Assembly: GCA_963743305.1 (NCBI GenBank)
Contig: CAVUPH010000027.1
Location: 16,772 to 80,771, forward strand
Reading direction: 5' to 3'
DNA from: an uncultured delta proteobacterium
GTDB taxonomy: Bacteria > Desulfobacterota > RBG-13-43-22
Length of the DNA stretch: 64,000 bases
Shown here: piece by piece, positions 9,914 through 19,512 of the stretch
Numbering within the stretch: position 1 is the first letter of the stretch
How the letters are laid out: each line of letters begins with the position of its first letter
Notes under the pieces: generated by a model
Database searches by the model: none
Told to the model about the DNA's origin: nothing
Seen by the model: the letters and a program-made list of their open reading frames with translations, nothing else
Program-made: the position numbers and the translations under genes

Positions 9914-11868
9914 AGGCGCCTTCCCACCCGATGACCTTCCAGGATGGCCGTATCGGTTTTCCGAGGAGCCAGACAATCGCCGATCCGGTACAGCTCCTGG
10001 ACTTTTCCTTTAAGGGCAAAATAAAGCGCGTCGCAAGACCGGTTCCCGGCCACCAGGACAATCGTGTCCTGGTCTTCAAAATCGATCAATTGATTGGAAT
10101 AGACGTTCAAGCCTTTGACCAATTTTCCTTGAATCTCCAGAACGGCTATGTCGGGAGTAAAGGTGACCCCCTTTTGGGCCAATCGCTTTCGGGTCAGATA
10201 GAGGTCTTGCAAAGGCCCCAGTTGGCTGCCGATAAACAAGGCCGGGGTGAGGATATGAACAACCCTGCCCCGGTCGGCCAGATATTCGGCCGTGCCCGTA
10301 CCTTGATGATGCCCTTCCAAATCAATCAGCAGCACCCGGGGGCCGGCCACCACCAGCCCGGTCAGAACTTGGGGGGCAGTAACCACATCCGGAAAGGAGT
10401 AATCCCCCGGAAAGGGATGCTCTTTGGGAAGCGAGCCGCTGGCCACCACGACCGCATCCGGTTTTTCGGCTAAGACCAAGGCTTCCGTTGCCTCCATCCC
10501 CAACCTAAGATCAATATCCAGTTGGCTGATCTGTCCGACCAGCCAGCGGGTTACTCCGGTGATTTCTTGTCTTCCGGCCGCCTGGCCGGCAATCAGATTC
10601 TGCCCCCCCACTTCCGGATTTTTTTCCAGGAGAATGACCTCGTGTTTTCTGAGGGCCGCTACGCGGGCGGCCTCCAGACCGGCCGGCCCGCCCCCAATCA
10701 CCAGCACTTTTTTAGGTCTTTCAGCGGGCCGGAGGGTCCCCGCGCCCCAGACCTTCTCCCGGCCCACGGCCGGGTTTTGAACACACCCCAATAAATAACC
10801 CAACCCCATCCGGCCGATGCATCCCTGATTGCAGGCAATGCATTGGCGAACATCTTCCACTCTTCCTTCCCGGGCTTTATTCGGCAATTCCGGATCGCAG
10901 ATCAAGGCCCGGACCATCCCGATCATATCCGCTCGACCGTCGGCCAGAATTTTTTCAGCCAGATGAGGGTCATTAATGCGGTTGGTGCAAAAAACCGGCA
11001 GGGTAATGACCGAGCGGATGCCGGCGGCCAGAGGAACCGTGTAGGCCAGCGGGGTGTGCATGGAACCTTCCACCAGGAAGAGATGATGGAAGGTCCCCAG
11101 ACTGAGGTCCATGAAATCCAGTTGATCCGTGGCCTCCAACTGCTGGGCGATGATTTTGGCGTCTTCCAAGGTCAAGCCGCCCCGCGGGTGCATTTCATCG
11201 GCATTTAATCGTACGCCCAGGGTGAAGTCGGGCCCTATGGCCTGACGAACGGATTGAATGACCTCCAGACAAAATCGCAGCCGATTCTCAGAAGTCCCGC
11301 CATAGTCATCCTGACGAAAGTTGGTGGCCGGCGATAAAAACTGTCGGATAAGGGAACTGTGGCCGATCTGAAGCTCTATCCCGTCGAACCCCCCTTCGAC
11401 GGCATGGACCGCGCTTCGGGCAAAAAATTCCAGGCATTCCCGAATGTCCTCGATTTCCATTTCCTTGGCCGTCTCCCGGAAAAGGGGATCCTTACCGGCC
11501 GAGGGGCCCCAGACCGGTAACCGGGAATTCTTCCCATCCCCCTGCATTCCATTGTGGTTCAATTGGGCGAATATCTTGGTTTCGGTTTGGTGGATGGTCT
11601 TAGTCAGTTCCTGGAAACCGGGTATGACCTCCGGTTTATAGGCGTCTACGAGTTTGGCATAAGGATAATCGGTGGGGTGCACCGATAATTCTTCGGTGGT
11701 TATCAACCCACAACCCCCTTGGGCCCTCTCTCGATAATAATGGATATGCCGCTCGCTGATCCGGTTGTTTTCCCCGAAATTAGTCAAGTGGGCGGCAAAA
11801 TGGATCCGGTTGGACACTACAATGCGGCCGATCTTCAAGGGGGCGAATAAATAGGGAAAGCCGCTCAT
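9910..11868 (-). CDS. Mycofactocin system FadH/OYE family flavin oxidoreductase
   Basis: OYE TIM barrel, CIACNQGC...C [4Fe-4S] motif, VIGGGPAG FAD motif and mft context. Confidence 0.88.
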   Translation of the reverse strand: MSGFPYLFAPLKIGRIVVSNRIHFAAHLTNFGENNRISERHIHYYRERAQGGCGLITTEELSVHPTDYPYAKLVDAYKPEVIPGFQELTKTIHQTETKIFAQLNHNGMQGDGKNSRLPVWGPSAGKDPLFRETAKEMEIEDIRECLEFFARSAVHAVEGGFDGIELQIGHSSLIRQFLSPATNFRQDDYGGTSENRLRFCLEVIQSVRQAIGPDFTLGVRLNADEMHPRGGLTLEDAKIIAQQLEATDQLDFMDLSLGTFHHLFLVEGSMHTPLAYTVPLAAGIRSVITLPVFCTNRINDPHLAEKILADGRADMIGMVRALICDPELPNKAREGRVEDVRQCIACNQGCIGRMGLGYLLGCVQNPAVGREKVWGAGTLRPAERPKKVLVIGGGPAGLEAARVAALRKHEVILLEKNPEVGGQNLIAGQAAGRQEITGVTRWLVGQISQLDIDLRLGMEATEALVLAEKPDAVVVASGSLPKEHPFPGDYSFPDVVTAPQVLTGLVVAGPRVLLIDLEGHHQGTGTAEYLADRGRVVHILTPALFIGSQLGPLQDLYLTRKRLAQKGVTFTPDIAVLEIQGKLVKGLNVYSNQLIDFEDQDTIVLVAGNRSCDALYFALKGKVQELYRIGDCLAPRKTDTAILEGHRVGRRL

Positions 11869-13853
11869 AGCCCCTGTCCCACCTTCCGGCCTTCATAAAT
11901 GGCGGTATCAATACCCCTCGGGCTTTGGCAATCTCCCACGCGATGGAGTTCCTTCACCCGACCTTTCAGCTCTCTATACAGCCAGTCGTTGGCGATATTC
12001 CCCATGTCCAGAACAACAGTCCCGTATCCTTCCCAGCCTTTAGGTTGGTTGGTATAAATATCCCGGCCCCTGACCGTAGTTCCTTGAATCTCATCGATGA
12101 GAACCTCGGTGGTAAAGGTGACCCCTTTTTGGAGCAAACGCTGTCGGGTCAGATAAAGATCCCCCAGCGGGGCCAGCTCGATGCCCACAAAAAGGTCGCT
12201 GGTGATCATATCCACTTGTTTCCCTTGATCGGCCAGCAGTTCCACCGTGGCCGTAGCGTGATGCCCGCTGTTTTCATCAACAAAAAGGACCCGATCTCCG
12301 ATAGGATACCGACCCTCCAGGACCTCCCAGACCGTGAGAACCTCCGGAGGACCGTATTGACCGGGGACCGGTTTAGCGTTCGGGAATGAACCGGTGGCCA
12401 CAATCACGACATCGGGATTTTCTTCCAGGACCCGTTCCGGGCTTATGGTCTGGTCGGTGAGCAGAGGCACGCCCAGGGCTTCCAACTGATGCTGGAGATA
12501 CAAAATGACCCCGGCCATTCCCTGCCGAGTAGGTCTTTTTCGGATCAAATTGAGTTGGCCGCCCACGACTTTGTTTTTTTCATAGACCACTACCCGGTGG
12601 CCCCGGGAAGCGGCTGCCCGGGCGGCCTCCAATCCGGCCGGCCCGGCCCCGATGACCATGACCCGTCTGGCGATTTTAGAATGCGGCTGGGGGCTGGCAG
12701 CGTATTGGGTCGGATTATCGCCGAACGCCGAACGCTGAACGCCGAAGGCTTCGTAGCCCACTTCCGGATTCTGAATGCACCCCAGGGTCTTGGCCTGATT
12801 AATCCGTCCCAGACAGCCTTTGTTGTCCCGAACGCAATAACGAACTTTTTTCAGGTCTCCCGCGCGGATCTTTCTCGGGAAATCAGGGTCGCAAATCAAT
12901 TGGCGAACATAGCCTACCAGATCGGCTTTCCCCAGAGCAACGGTCTCTTCGGCCATTTGCGGGGTATTGATTTGATAGCTGGCCATTATGGGAAGAGGAA
13001 CGGCGGCTTTTATCTTTTCGGCCAATTCCACGGTGTATCCGGGAGGAGTATGCATCGAAGCCAGGATCAGATGCAGGTTGTAATAGGTCCCCAAAGTCAC
13101 ATTGACAAAATCGATCCCGCCGGTTTGACCGAGGTGACGGGCCATCTCCTGGGCCTCTTCCACGCCAATCCCGCCCCAGAATTTTTCATCGGCACATAAC
13201 CGGATTCCCACCGTGAAATCGTTCCCCACGACTTTCCGAATACCCTCCAGGACCTGGAGGGGCAGACGGAGACGGTTCTCCAGGCTGCCCCCGTATTCGT
13301 CTTGACGCTGGTTCGTCAGGGGAGAGAGAAACTGCCGCAACAGGGATTCCGGTCCCAGGTCTATCTCGATCCCGTCCAACCCGCCTGCCCGTACAAATCC
13401 GGCCGCCCGGGAAAAGGATTCCACCAGTTCCTCAAAATCCTCCGCCTCCATGGCTTTGGCCGTTTCCCCAAAGACGATATCCGCCAAGGCCGACGGCCCC
13501 CAGACGGGCATTCGGTTGATGGCCCCGCTGCTTTGAAACCCATGGTGGGTCAGTTGGGCAAATAGGGATGTGCCGGTTTCATGGATGACTTCGGTTAATT
13601 TCCGGTAATCAGGGACGATCGAGGGAACGGAGGCTTCGATCATGGTCTCCCAGGGGCGGTCATTGGCCTGGATGGCGAGTTCCCCCAGAATGATCAGCCC
13701 GCAGCCCCCGACAGCCCGCTGTTGGTAATAGGCCCGATGGCGGTCATTGAAACGGCCGTCCCGGGAAAAATTGGTACGGTGCGCCAGAAAGCAAATACGG
13801 TTGGGCAAGGTGGACTGACCCAAAACCAGCGGTGTGAAGAGATGATCAAACAT
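11865..13853 (-). CDS. Mycofactocin system FadH/OYE family flavin oxidoreductase (atypical paralog)
   Basis: Same architecture as the neighbouring paralog, with VIGAGPAG and a variant cluster motif CVRDNKGC...C. Lies directly after mftC. Confidence 0.85.
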   Translation of the reverse strand: MFDHLFTPLVLGQSTLPNRICFLAHRTNFSRDGRFNDRHRAYYQQRAVGGCGLIILGELAIQANDRPWETMIEASVPSIVPDYRKLTEVIHETGTSLFAQLTHHGFQSSGAINRMPVWGPSALADIVFGETAKAMEAEDFEELVESFSRAAGFVRAGGLDGIEIDLGPESLLRQFLSPLTNQRQDEYGGSLENRLRLPLQVLEGIRKVVGNDFTVGIRLCADEKFWGGIGVEEAQEMARHLGQTGGIDFVNVTLGTYYNLHLILASMHTPPGYTVELAEKIKAAVPLPIMASYQINTPQMAEETVALGKADLVGYVRQLICDPDFPRKIRAGDLKKVRYCVRDNKGCLGRINQAKTLGCIQNPEVGYEAFGVQRSAFGDNPTQYAASPQPHSKIARRVMVIGAGPAGLEAARAAASRGHRVVVYEKNKVVGGQLNLIRKRPTRQGMAGVILYLQHQLEALGVPLLTDQTISPERVLEENPDVVIVATGSFPNAKPVPGQYGPPEVLTVWEVLEGRYPIGDRVLFVDENSGHHATATVELLADQGKQVDMITSDLFVGIELAPLGDLYLTRQRLLQKGVTFTTEVLIDEIQGTTVRGRDIYTNQPKGWEGYGTVVLDMGNIANDWLYRELKGRVKELHRVGDCQSPRGIDTAIYEGRKVGQGL

Positions 13854-13865
13854 GTGGGCGTGGTA

Positions 13866-14867
13866 TTAGGCCGCTGATCTTAAATTCACCAGGCATTCCG
13901 GGTCAGGCAAGGAAATATCGCGATAGGTATGGTAGGCCATGGCCGGGCACCCGCCGCGGCAGGTCTCAAAGCGGCGGCAGGTATGGCAGGAGGAAATATC
14001 AAGAGTCCGGAACCGGCGAAAAATCGCCGCCTGATCCCAAATCTCTTTAAATGAGTGACGGCGCACATTGCCGGCCTGAAAGTCCTTTTCCTGCAAGAAG
14101 GCGCAGGGATAGACCTCCCCGCTGGGAGACAGGCAACAGGTCATCTTGGCGGCGCCGCACATGTCCAATCCCTTGCGACGCCGATTCTCCGAGGTGAGGC
14201 AGAAGAAAGAATCCCCGGTACGTACTTGATCGTGGCCATTCAGCCATTCCGCAAAGGCTTCCAACTGGTCCGGACTGGGATTGAGGAGTGTTTTGCTGTC
14301 TTTACCCCTCCCCGAGGGACGGAAACGCGACACCCGAAACCCCGCTCGGTATTCCCCGGCCAATTCCCGCAAGGAGTCCAATTGGGAATAATTCAGCCTG
14401 GTCAGGACCGTATTGATACTATAGGAAATATTCTGCCTGGAGAGGCAGTCCAAGGCGGACAGGATCTTTCGATACGTCCCTTGACCGCGGATCCGGTCAT
14501 TCACCTCCTCGGTGACGCCGTCCAGGCTGACCTGGAGATAGAGCTGTTTAAAGGCCTTTAAGCGTCGGGCTAGTTCGTCATCCATGAGCAACCCGTTGGT
14601 ACTCACACAGGCCACTATTCCCTTTTCCTGTAACCCAGTCAAAAGTTCCAGAAAATCTTTTCGAAGAAAGGGTTCCCCGCCGCCGATATTAACCTGAAAG
14701 ACCTTCAGACCGGCCCATTGCCGGATCAGGTCTTGACACTCTCCGAAGGAAAGCTCCTCCGGTGAGGCCTCCCCGGCAGCGGAGAGGCAATGAGCACAGC
14801 GGAGATTGCATCGCCAGGTAATTTCCCAGGTCACGTTGACCGGGGCGCGAAGACCGGTGCGAGCCAT
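13866..14867 (-). CDS. mftC: Mycofactocin radical SAM maturase MftC
   Basis: LRAPVNVTWEITWRCNLRCAHC, VNIGGGEP, TGDSFF, GLDMCGAAKMTC and CRGGCPA...PDPEC. Confidence 0.93.
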   Translation of the reverse strand: MARTGLRAPVNVTWEITWRCNLRCAHCLSAAGEASPEELSFGECQDLIRQWAGLKVFQVNIGGGEPFLRKDFLELLTGLQEKGIVACVSTNGLLMDDELARRLKAFKQLYLQVSLDGVTEEVNDRIRGQGTYRKILSALDCLSRQNISYSINTVLTRLNYSQLDSLRELAGEYRAGFRVSRFRPSGRGKDSKTLLNPSPDQLEAFAEWLNGHDQVRTGDSFFCLTSENRRRKGLDMCGAAKMTCCLSPSGEVYPCAFLQEKDFQAGNVRRHSFKEIWDQAAIFRRFRTLDISSCHTCRRFETCRGGCPAMAYHTYRDISLPDPECLVNLRSAA

Positions 14868-14868
14868 T

Positions 14869-15147
14869 TCAGCAGGCAAGAATGATCCCCTTCCCCTGCA
14901 AAGTGTTCAGTGTCTTTTTCAACGCCGAGTACCGATCCTCGGACCAGGGACCGGAAAGGGGCCCCCGCTGCCGCCATTCTTCCAGGGTGTGACGTCCTTG
15001 GAAAAAATCCGCCTTCAGGAAATCACCGGAGGAAACAAAATAAAGCCCCGGACCTTGCTGGGTATAGAAGAGCAATCCAAAGTCTTCCTCCCGTACCTGG
15101 CACCCTGGAGCCAGGGTATACCGGGGTCCTTGATCTATTGAGGTCAT
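14869..15147 (-). CDS. mftB: Mycofactocin biosynthesis chaperone MftB (RRE/PqqD-like)
   Basis: YTLAPGCQVREEDFGLLFY...L...L..KGII pattern, 92 aa, directly upstream of mftC. Confidence 0.88.
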   Translation of the reverse strand: MTSIDQGPRYTLAPGCQVREEDFGLLFYTQQGPGLYFVSSGDFLKADFFQGRHTLEEWRQRGPLSGPWSEDRYSALKKTLNTLQGKGIILAC

Positions 15148-15155
15148 AGTCCTTT

Positions 15156-15197
15156 TTAATATATCCCGCGGGTCCCGTCAATACGGATCTCTTCCAT
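15156..15197 (-). CDS. Short MftA-like peptide MEEIRIDGTRGIY (variant or remnant precursor)
   Basis: Manual translation. GGAG lies 7 nt upstream of the ATG. Aligns with the MftA C-terminus EE.xIDGxCGVY. Ends 8 nt before mftB. Confidence 0.6.
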   Translation of the reverse strand: MEEIRIDGTRGIY

Positions 15198-15233
15198 TTT
15201 GTTTCTCCGGCATAGTTACCGATCTCCGTTGCA

Positions 15234-16397
15234 CTAACAATTCCGGGAGCCATTGATCTCGCTCATGGCTTCCAGCGCCCAATCGATTTCATCTCCGGTA
15301 TTAAAAGGTCCGAGGCTGAAACGGACGCCGCCCCGGGGAAAGGTGCCTATAGCCTCGTGAACCAAGGGAGCACAATGGAGCCCGGCCCTTACGGCGATGC
15401 CGAAGTCGGCATCCAGGATCGCCCCGGTGTCCCCCGGATCCATTCCCCGCACATTGAGGGTGATGAGCCCCACATGGTTGCGCAGATCTTCCGCACAATA
15501 AAGTTCGACCCTGTCCAGGGAAGACAGGCCGTCACGGAAGCGGGTGACCAGTTCCATCTCCCTGCGGTGTATGGCTTCGATACCCTGTTCCTCCAGGAAG
15601 TCTAGGCCCGCGGAAAGACCGAGGATACCGATCAGGTTAAGGGTCCCGGCCTCCAGACGATGGGGATAGGTCTGGGTGTGGATGGGACTCTCCGAATCAA
15701 TGCCGGTTCCCCCAAAGCGTGTGGTCCGCAGGTCCAGGTCCGGGTGAATAATCAGGCCGCCGATGCCTGTGGGCCCCAGTAAAGACTTATGGCCGGTGAA
15801 GGCTACGGCGCCGATTTTCCAGGCCTCCAGATCAATGGGGACCACGCCGGCGCTCTGGGTGGCATCCACCAGCAAGGGCACCTCTTTCCGGGCACAGAGG
15901 GCACCGATTTCGGCTAGAGGCTGGATCGTTCCCAGCACGTTGGAGGCATGGCAGACGATCACCAGCCGGGTATTGGGCCTGATGGCCTGGGCGATATCGT
16001 CAGGGTCAACAAAGCCCTTTCCATCGAAGGGCACCAGATCGTATTCGATCAGGCCCTGTTCGTGAAGGTGGTACAGGGGCCGAAGGACCGAGTTGTGTTC
16101 AATCCGAGTGGAGACCACGTGATCCCCCGGCCGAATCAAGCCCTGAATGGCCAGATTCAGGGCGTCCGTGGCGTTCCCCGCGAATATGACCCGATGGGGA
16201 TCGGGTGCGCCGAAGAAGCGAGCGAGCTTTCTCCTCGCGGCCTCGACCAGATCCTCCGCCTCAATCGCCAGGTCATAGCTCCCCCGCCCGGGAGAGACCC
16301 CGGTCCGCTGGTACGCTTCGACCATGCTGGCCAGCACACCCGGTGGTTTGGGGAAGGTGGTGGCTGCGTTGTCCAGGTAGATAAACCGTTTGGTCAT
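15234..16397 (-). CDS. Cysteine desulfurase family protein (PLP class V)
   Basis: YLDNAATT, EHNSV, TGHKSL (PLP Lys) and RAGLHCAP (catalytic Cys). Confidence 0.9.
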   Translation of the reverse strand: MTKRFIYLDNAATTFPKPPGVLASMVEAYQRTGVSPGRGSYDLAIEAEDLVEAARRKLARFFGAPDPHRVIFAGNATDALNLAIQGLIRPGDHVVSTRIEHNSVLRPLYHLHEQGLIEYDLVPFDGKGFVDPDDIAQAIRPNTRLVIVCHASNVLGTIQPLAEIGALCARKEVPLLVDATQSAGVVPIDLEAWKIGAVAFTGHKSLLGPTGIGGLIIHPDLDLRTTRFGGTGIDSESPIHTQTYPHRLEAGTLNLIGILGLSAGLDFLEEQGIEAIHRREMELVTRFRDGLSSLDRVELYCAEDLRNHVGLITLNVRGMDPGDTGAILDADFGIAVRAGLHCAPLVHEAIGTFPRGGVRFSLGPFNTGDEIDWALEAMSEINGSRNC

Positions 16398-16402
16398 ACT
16401 CC

Positions 16403-16768
16403 CTACCCCGAACAGGTCTTCGGATTCGGCAAGCCGGCCACACGGCGGGCGCCCCGACGGATACCCTCCGGGAAGAGGGCCTCCATCTGCATGAAGGTCA
16501 AGCCGATCTCGGCTTTTATGTCACGGTTCATGGGCGCCCGGCCGTTGTGGAAGTAGAAATTCCTCAAAAAATGGATGATCCGCCATTGGGTCTCGTTCAT
16601 TTCTTCAAGCCCGGTTTCCGCGGCGAGGATTCCGGCCAGCTCAACGGTCCAGTCTTCCGGTTTCCACAGGAATCCCTCGTTGTCAAAGAGGATCTCCCTC
16701 CCCGCGATCAAGCGAACCTTCCGGTTGGGCTGGCCGGAAAGGGGCTTGGACCCTGCAGATCCGTCCAT
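16403..16768 (-). CDS. TusE/DsrC-family sulfur relay protein (single C-terminal Cys)
   Basis: DNEGFL...W, LRNFY, LFP.G and AGLPNPKTCSG. Lacks the second Cys of true DsrC. Confidence 0.85.
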   Translation of the reverse strand: MDGSAGSKPLSGQPNRKVRLIAGREILFDNEGFLWKPEDWTVELAGILAAETGLEEMNETQWRIIHFLRNFYFHNGRAPMNRDIKAEIGLTFMQMEALFPEGIRRGARRVAGLPNPKTCSG

Positions 16769-16777
16769 GGGCCTCCG

Positions 16778-19433
16778 TTATCCTTTAGCCAGCGCGGCCT
16801 TGATCTTCTCCGGCGTTGCCGGCAGGTTGCAGATCCTGACGCCGCAGGCATCCTTGATGGCGTTGATGACCGCCGGGGCCGTTGAAACCATGGTCATCTC
16901 ACCGATACCGGTGGCTCCCAGGGTTCCTTTGGTTCGAGGCGTCTTCGAGGGGTGTAATCACCTCCATGTCAAAGGCGGTCTTCATGGTGGGAAATTTAAA
17001 GGTGACCCAGTCTTTGGTTTTGCCGCTTACATATTCCTCCCTGAGGGCGTATCCCACGCCTTGATCCATTCCACCCTCAAGCTGGCCTTCCAGGTTCTGA
17101 GGATGGATCACCGGTCCCGGATCAACCGCTGTGGTCATTTTGATCACCCGGACATCACCGGTCTCGGTGTTGACCTCTACCTCCGCCATCTGAATATTAT
17201 GGACTTGGGACTCAAAGGTCGGCCCCTGACCGGTTTGCGGATCGAGCTGACCTTCAGGGACATTCTTCTTCCCCATGTAGCGGGTGGGTTTTCCAGCTTT
17301 TTTCAGCCCTTCATAGGTCGCCTCACCGGCCGTGGCCAGGTTTTCTTTCAACTGTTCCAGGGCATTGACCAGGGCCCCTCCGACCATATAGGTGATCCGG
17401 CTGCCGGCAGCAGGACCGGTTTCAGTAGTCTGATCGGTATTGCGGGTCACCAAACGGACCTTCTCCAACGGAAGATTCAGTAAATGAGCGGTGATCTGGG
17501 TCAGCATGGAATCGTTTCCTTCACCAGGATCGGCCGCGGCGGCGTAGAGGGTAACCCCATTATCCGGATCAAGTTCCACCGCCAACTGGGCCGCGTCTCC
17601 TGGTGAGGCGATGCCGAAGGAATGGGCGCCCAGGCCGACGCCCCGTTTGATCGGGCCATCCTTGAAAGCAGCCGCCTCTTTCCTGGCCCGCTCGTAATGG
17701 GGCCGGATGAGTTCGCAGAGCTCCTTGAAAGTCCACTGCTCCGCGACGGTACCGGTGGACACGCTCTGACCGGGCAGAAGAGCGTTTCTTAAACGGAATT
17801 CCAGGGGATCGATTCCCAATTTTTCCGCCAGCATGTCCATGGCCGATTCCAGGGCAAAATTGACCTGCGGCGGCCCGGCCCCGCGGGCGGCGCCTCCCGC
17901 CGGGTTATTGGTGTAAACCAGCTTGGCCATAGTGTCAATATGGGGGATATGATAGGAGCCGGAGAGCATTTGCAGGGCACGAACAATGACGACGATGCCC
18001 AAAATCATGTAGGCGCCGTTCTCCACGACGAAATCATTGGCGTAGGCGGTCAACTTCCCGTCCCGATCAGCCGCCAGTTTGACCTTCATGATAAAGGGAT
18101 GCCGTTTGGAAGTCAGCAGCATGGATTCATGCAGGCTGGGGATATAGCGAACAGGTCTCTTGAAATGGAGGGCCGCGGCCCCGGTAATGCCTTCGGAGGT
18201 AATGGCGGCCTTGATCCCGAACTGCCCCCCGGTGTAGGCCTCTTCATAGCGCATGTTTTCCCATCCCAGGGCACCTTGCAGCATGGCCATATGGGTGTGG
18301 ATCATGATGCTTCGTCCGATCACCACGAGCAAGGCCTCCTCTCCTTCTCCTTCCAGATAGGCGACACAGGCCTCCGGCTCCAGGGGAGCCTGATGATTGA
18401 GCTGCGTGGAAAACTCCGCCTCCACCACGGCGGCGGATCCCGCAAAGGCCGTTTTAGCATCTCCCTTAATCTGGGGTTGTTGATAGCAGAGGTTGGGGAA
18501 TTCGGCATGCAGCGGTACGGCGTTTTCTGCCAGGGCCTCCTGCGGAGTCATCATCACCGGCAGGGGCTCGTACGCTACTTTTACGGCGGCCGCCGCTGCC
18601 CGGGCCTGGTCCAAGGTCTCGGCCGCCACTACGGCAATGGGATCCCCCAGGCAGCGGACCTTCTCATCGCAGAGCACGGGCTGGTCATTGAAGATGAATT
18701 GGATTCGGTTGGTCCCCTTGATGTCTTTGGCGGTCATGGTGCCGATGACGCCGGGCATCTTTTCCGCCTCTCCGGTATCGATGGAAATGATTTTCGCGTG
18801 ATGCTCCGTGCTGCGGACGACCGCTATCTCCGCGGCGCCCTGAATTTTTATATCGGCCGAGAATTCGGCCAGCCCGCAGGCCTTGATCATGGCCGAGGGT
18901 CGCGGATGGGAGACATGCAGCTTCGGTCCCTTGGGGTCCGGCCTGACCTGGTCGGGCGAGGTCTCGCCGCGAATGAACCGGCCGGCCAGCTTCACGGCGT
19001 CCAGGATCTTCGCATAGCCGGTGCAACGGCACAAATTCCGGGCCAAGGCCTTTTTGATCTCTTCCGAATCCGGGTCCGGATTCCGGTCCAGAAGGACCTT
19101 GGCCGCCATAATCATACCCGGTGTACAGAATCCGCATTGTATGGCGCCTGAAAGAACAAAGGCCTCTTGGATCAGATGGGGATTATCCGGAGTACCCAAG
19201 CCCTCCACGGTAATCACCTCGGCGCCTTCCAGGTCAGCCACCTTGGTGAGACAGGATCGCGTCGCTTTATTGTTGACGATGACCGTACAGGCCCCGCATT
19301 GCCCCAGGCGGTCGCAGGACTGCTTCGCCCCGGTAAGGTGCAGGTCGTCACGCAGGAGATCCATAAGGACCCTGTCCGGTTCGACCACAAACTGATACCT
19401 TCGTCCGTTTACTTTTAATGAGATTTTTTTCAT
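16778..19433 (-). CDS. mop: Molybdopterin aldehyde oxidoreductase (MOP-like, xanthine oxidase family); frameshift near 16945
   Basis: N-terminal 2x[2Fe-2S] motifs (CDRLGQCGAC, QCGFCTPG, CRCTGY) and Moco domains (GGQFG). The C-terminus TPRTKGTLGATGIGEMTMVSTAPAVINAI...LPATPEKIKAALAKG* is in another frame, ending at 16778. Confidence 0.88.
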
Positions 19434-19512
19434 TTGCTCCCCTCGCTGTAAGTCAGCTATTGGTTTTTCTTATTAAAATCTCGCCTCTCGGGCGTTTCTC
19501 GCCGGATATCCT

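Noticed and set aside
15023-15253. 76-aa ORF from the track as mftA
   Set aside because: Wrong frame: it overlaps mftB and lacks the IDG..G.Y terminus. The MftA-like text is in another frame (15156-15197).
15234-16397. Class V PLP enzyme as a transaminase replacing MftD
   Set aside because: It retains the cysteine desulfurase catalytic motif RAGLHCAP and is paired with a TusE-like carrier, so sulfur transfer is the simpler reading.
16403-16768. True DsrC indicating dissimilatory sulfite reduction
   Set aside because: Only one C-terminal Cys is present (DsrC needs two) and there are no dsr genes nearby.
17940-19151. Long antisense ORFs (e.g. 403 aa opposite mop; also 44869-45918, 47839-48711, 31617-32465)
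   Set aside because: Shadow ORFs on the opposite strand of well-supported genes in GC-rich DNA.
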